Shown here: positions 63,836 through 64,000 of the stretch, one piece after another
Numbering within the stretch: the stretch's first letter is position 1
How the letters are laid out: each line of letters begins with the position of its first letter
Origin: Prorocentrum cordatum
Lineage: Eukaryota
Reading direction: 5' to 3'
Length of the DNA: 64,000 bases
Assembly: GCA_963575745.1 (NCBI GenBank)
Contig: CAUYUJ010000001.1
Location: 1,426,001 to 1,490,000 of the forward strand
Notes under the pieces: generated by a model
Seen by the model: the letters and a program-made list of their open reading frames with translations, nothing else
The model's database searches: none
Told to the model about the DNA's origin: nothing
Made by a program: the position numbers and the translations under genes

Positions 63836-64000
63836 CAGGCAAGACAGAAAGAGGCAGGACAGAGGCGGGAGGCGGGAGGAGGAAGGACGCGACCACACTG
63901 CTCTATTCAAAACGAATACCCAACCAAGGAGGGTTGGGAACAAATAGAACGCACAGGGTTTCCTAACGCGCATTCTCAACGCAAGCTTGCGCGCGCGCTC

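Overview
Repeat-dense, GC-rich eukaryotic genomic DNA, most likely dinoflagellate (inference from relict copies of the dinoflagellate spliced leader CCGTAGCCATTTTGGCTCAAG, a GC splice donor, and dinoflagellate-style retroelement motifs). Most ORFs in the track are artefacts of microsatellites and dispersed repeats. The best supported object is a 4.85-kb DIRS-group (PAT/Ngaro-type) retroelement at 45346-50193. It has a split-direct-repeat layout A-[RT-RNase H]-B-A-spacer-B, an ATG at all three junctions, a hairpin that can only form across the B/A junction, and no visible gag or tyrosine recombinase. The window also holds the 3' end of a LINE ORF (2-1039), two decayed minus-strand LINEs, a decayed Copia-like pol, three small TIR (MITE-like) families (one with perfect 6-bp target-site duplications), several minisatellites and long microsatellites. 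A set of short, GC3-rich candidate exons on the + strand, spaced roughly 8-17 kb apart, may belong to one host gene with very large introns. All calls come from reading the sequence by eye; no searches were run.
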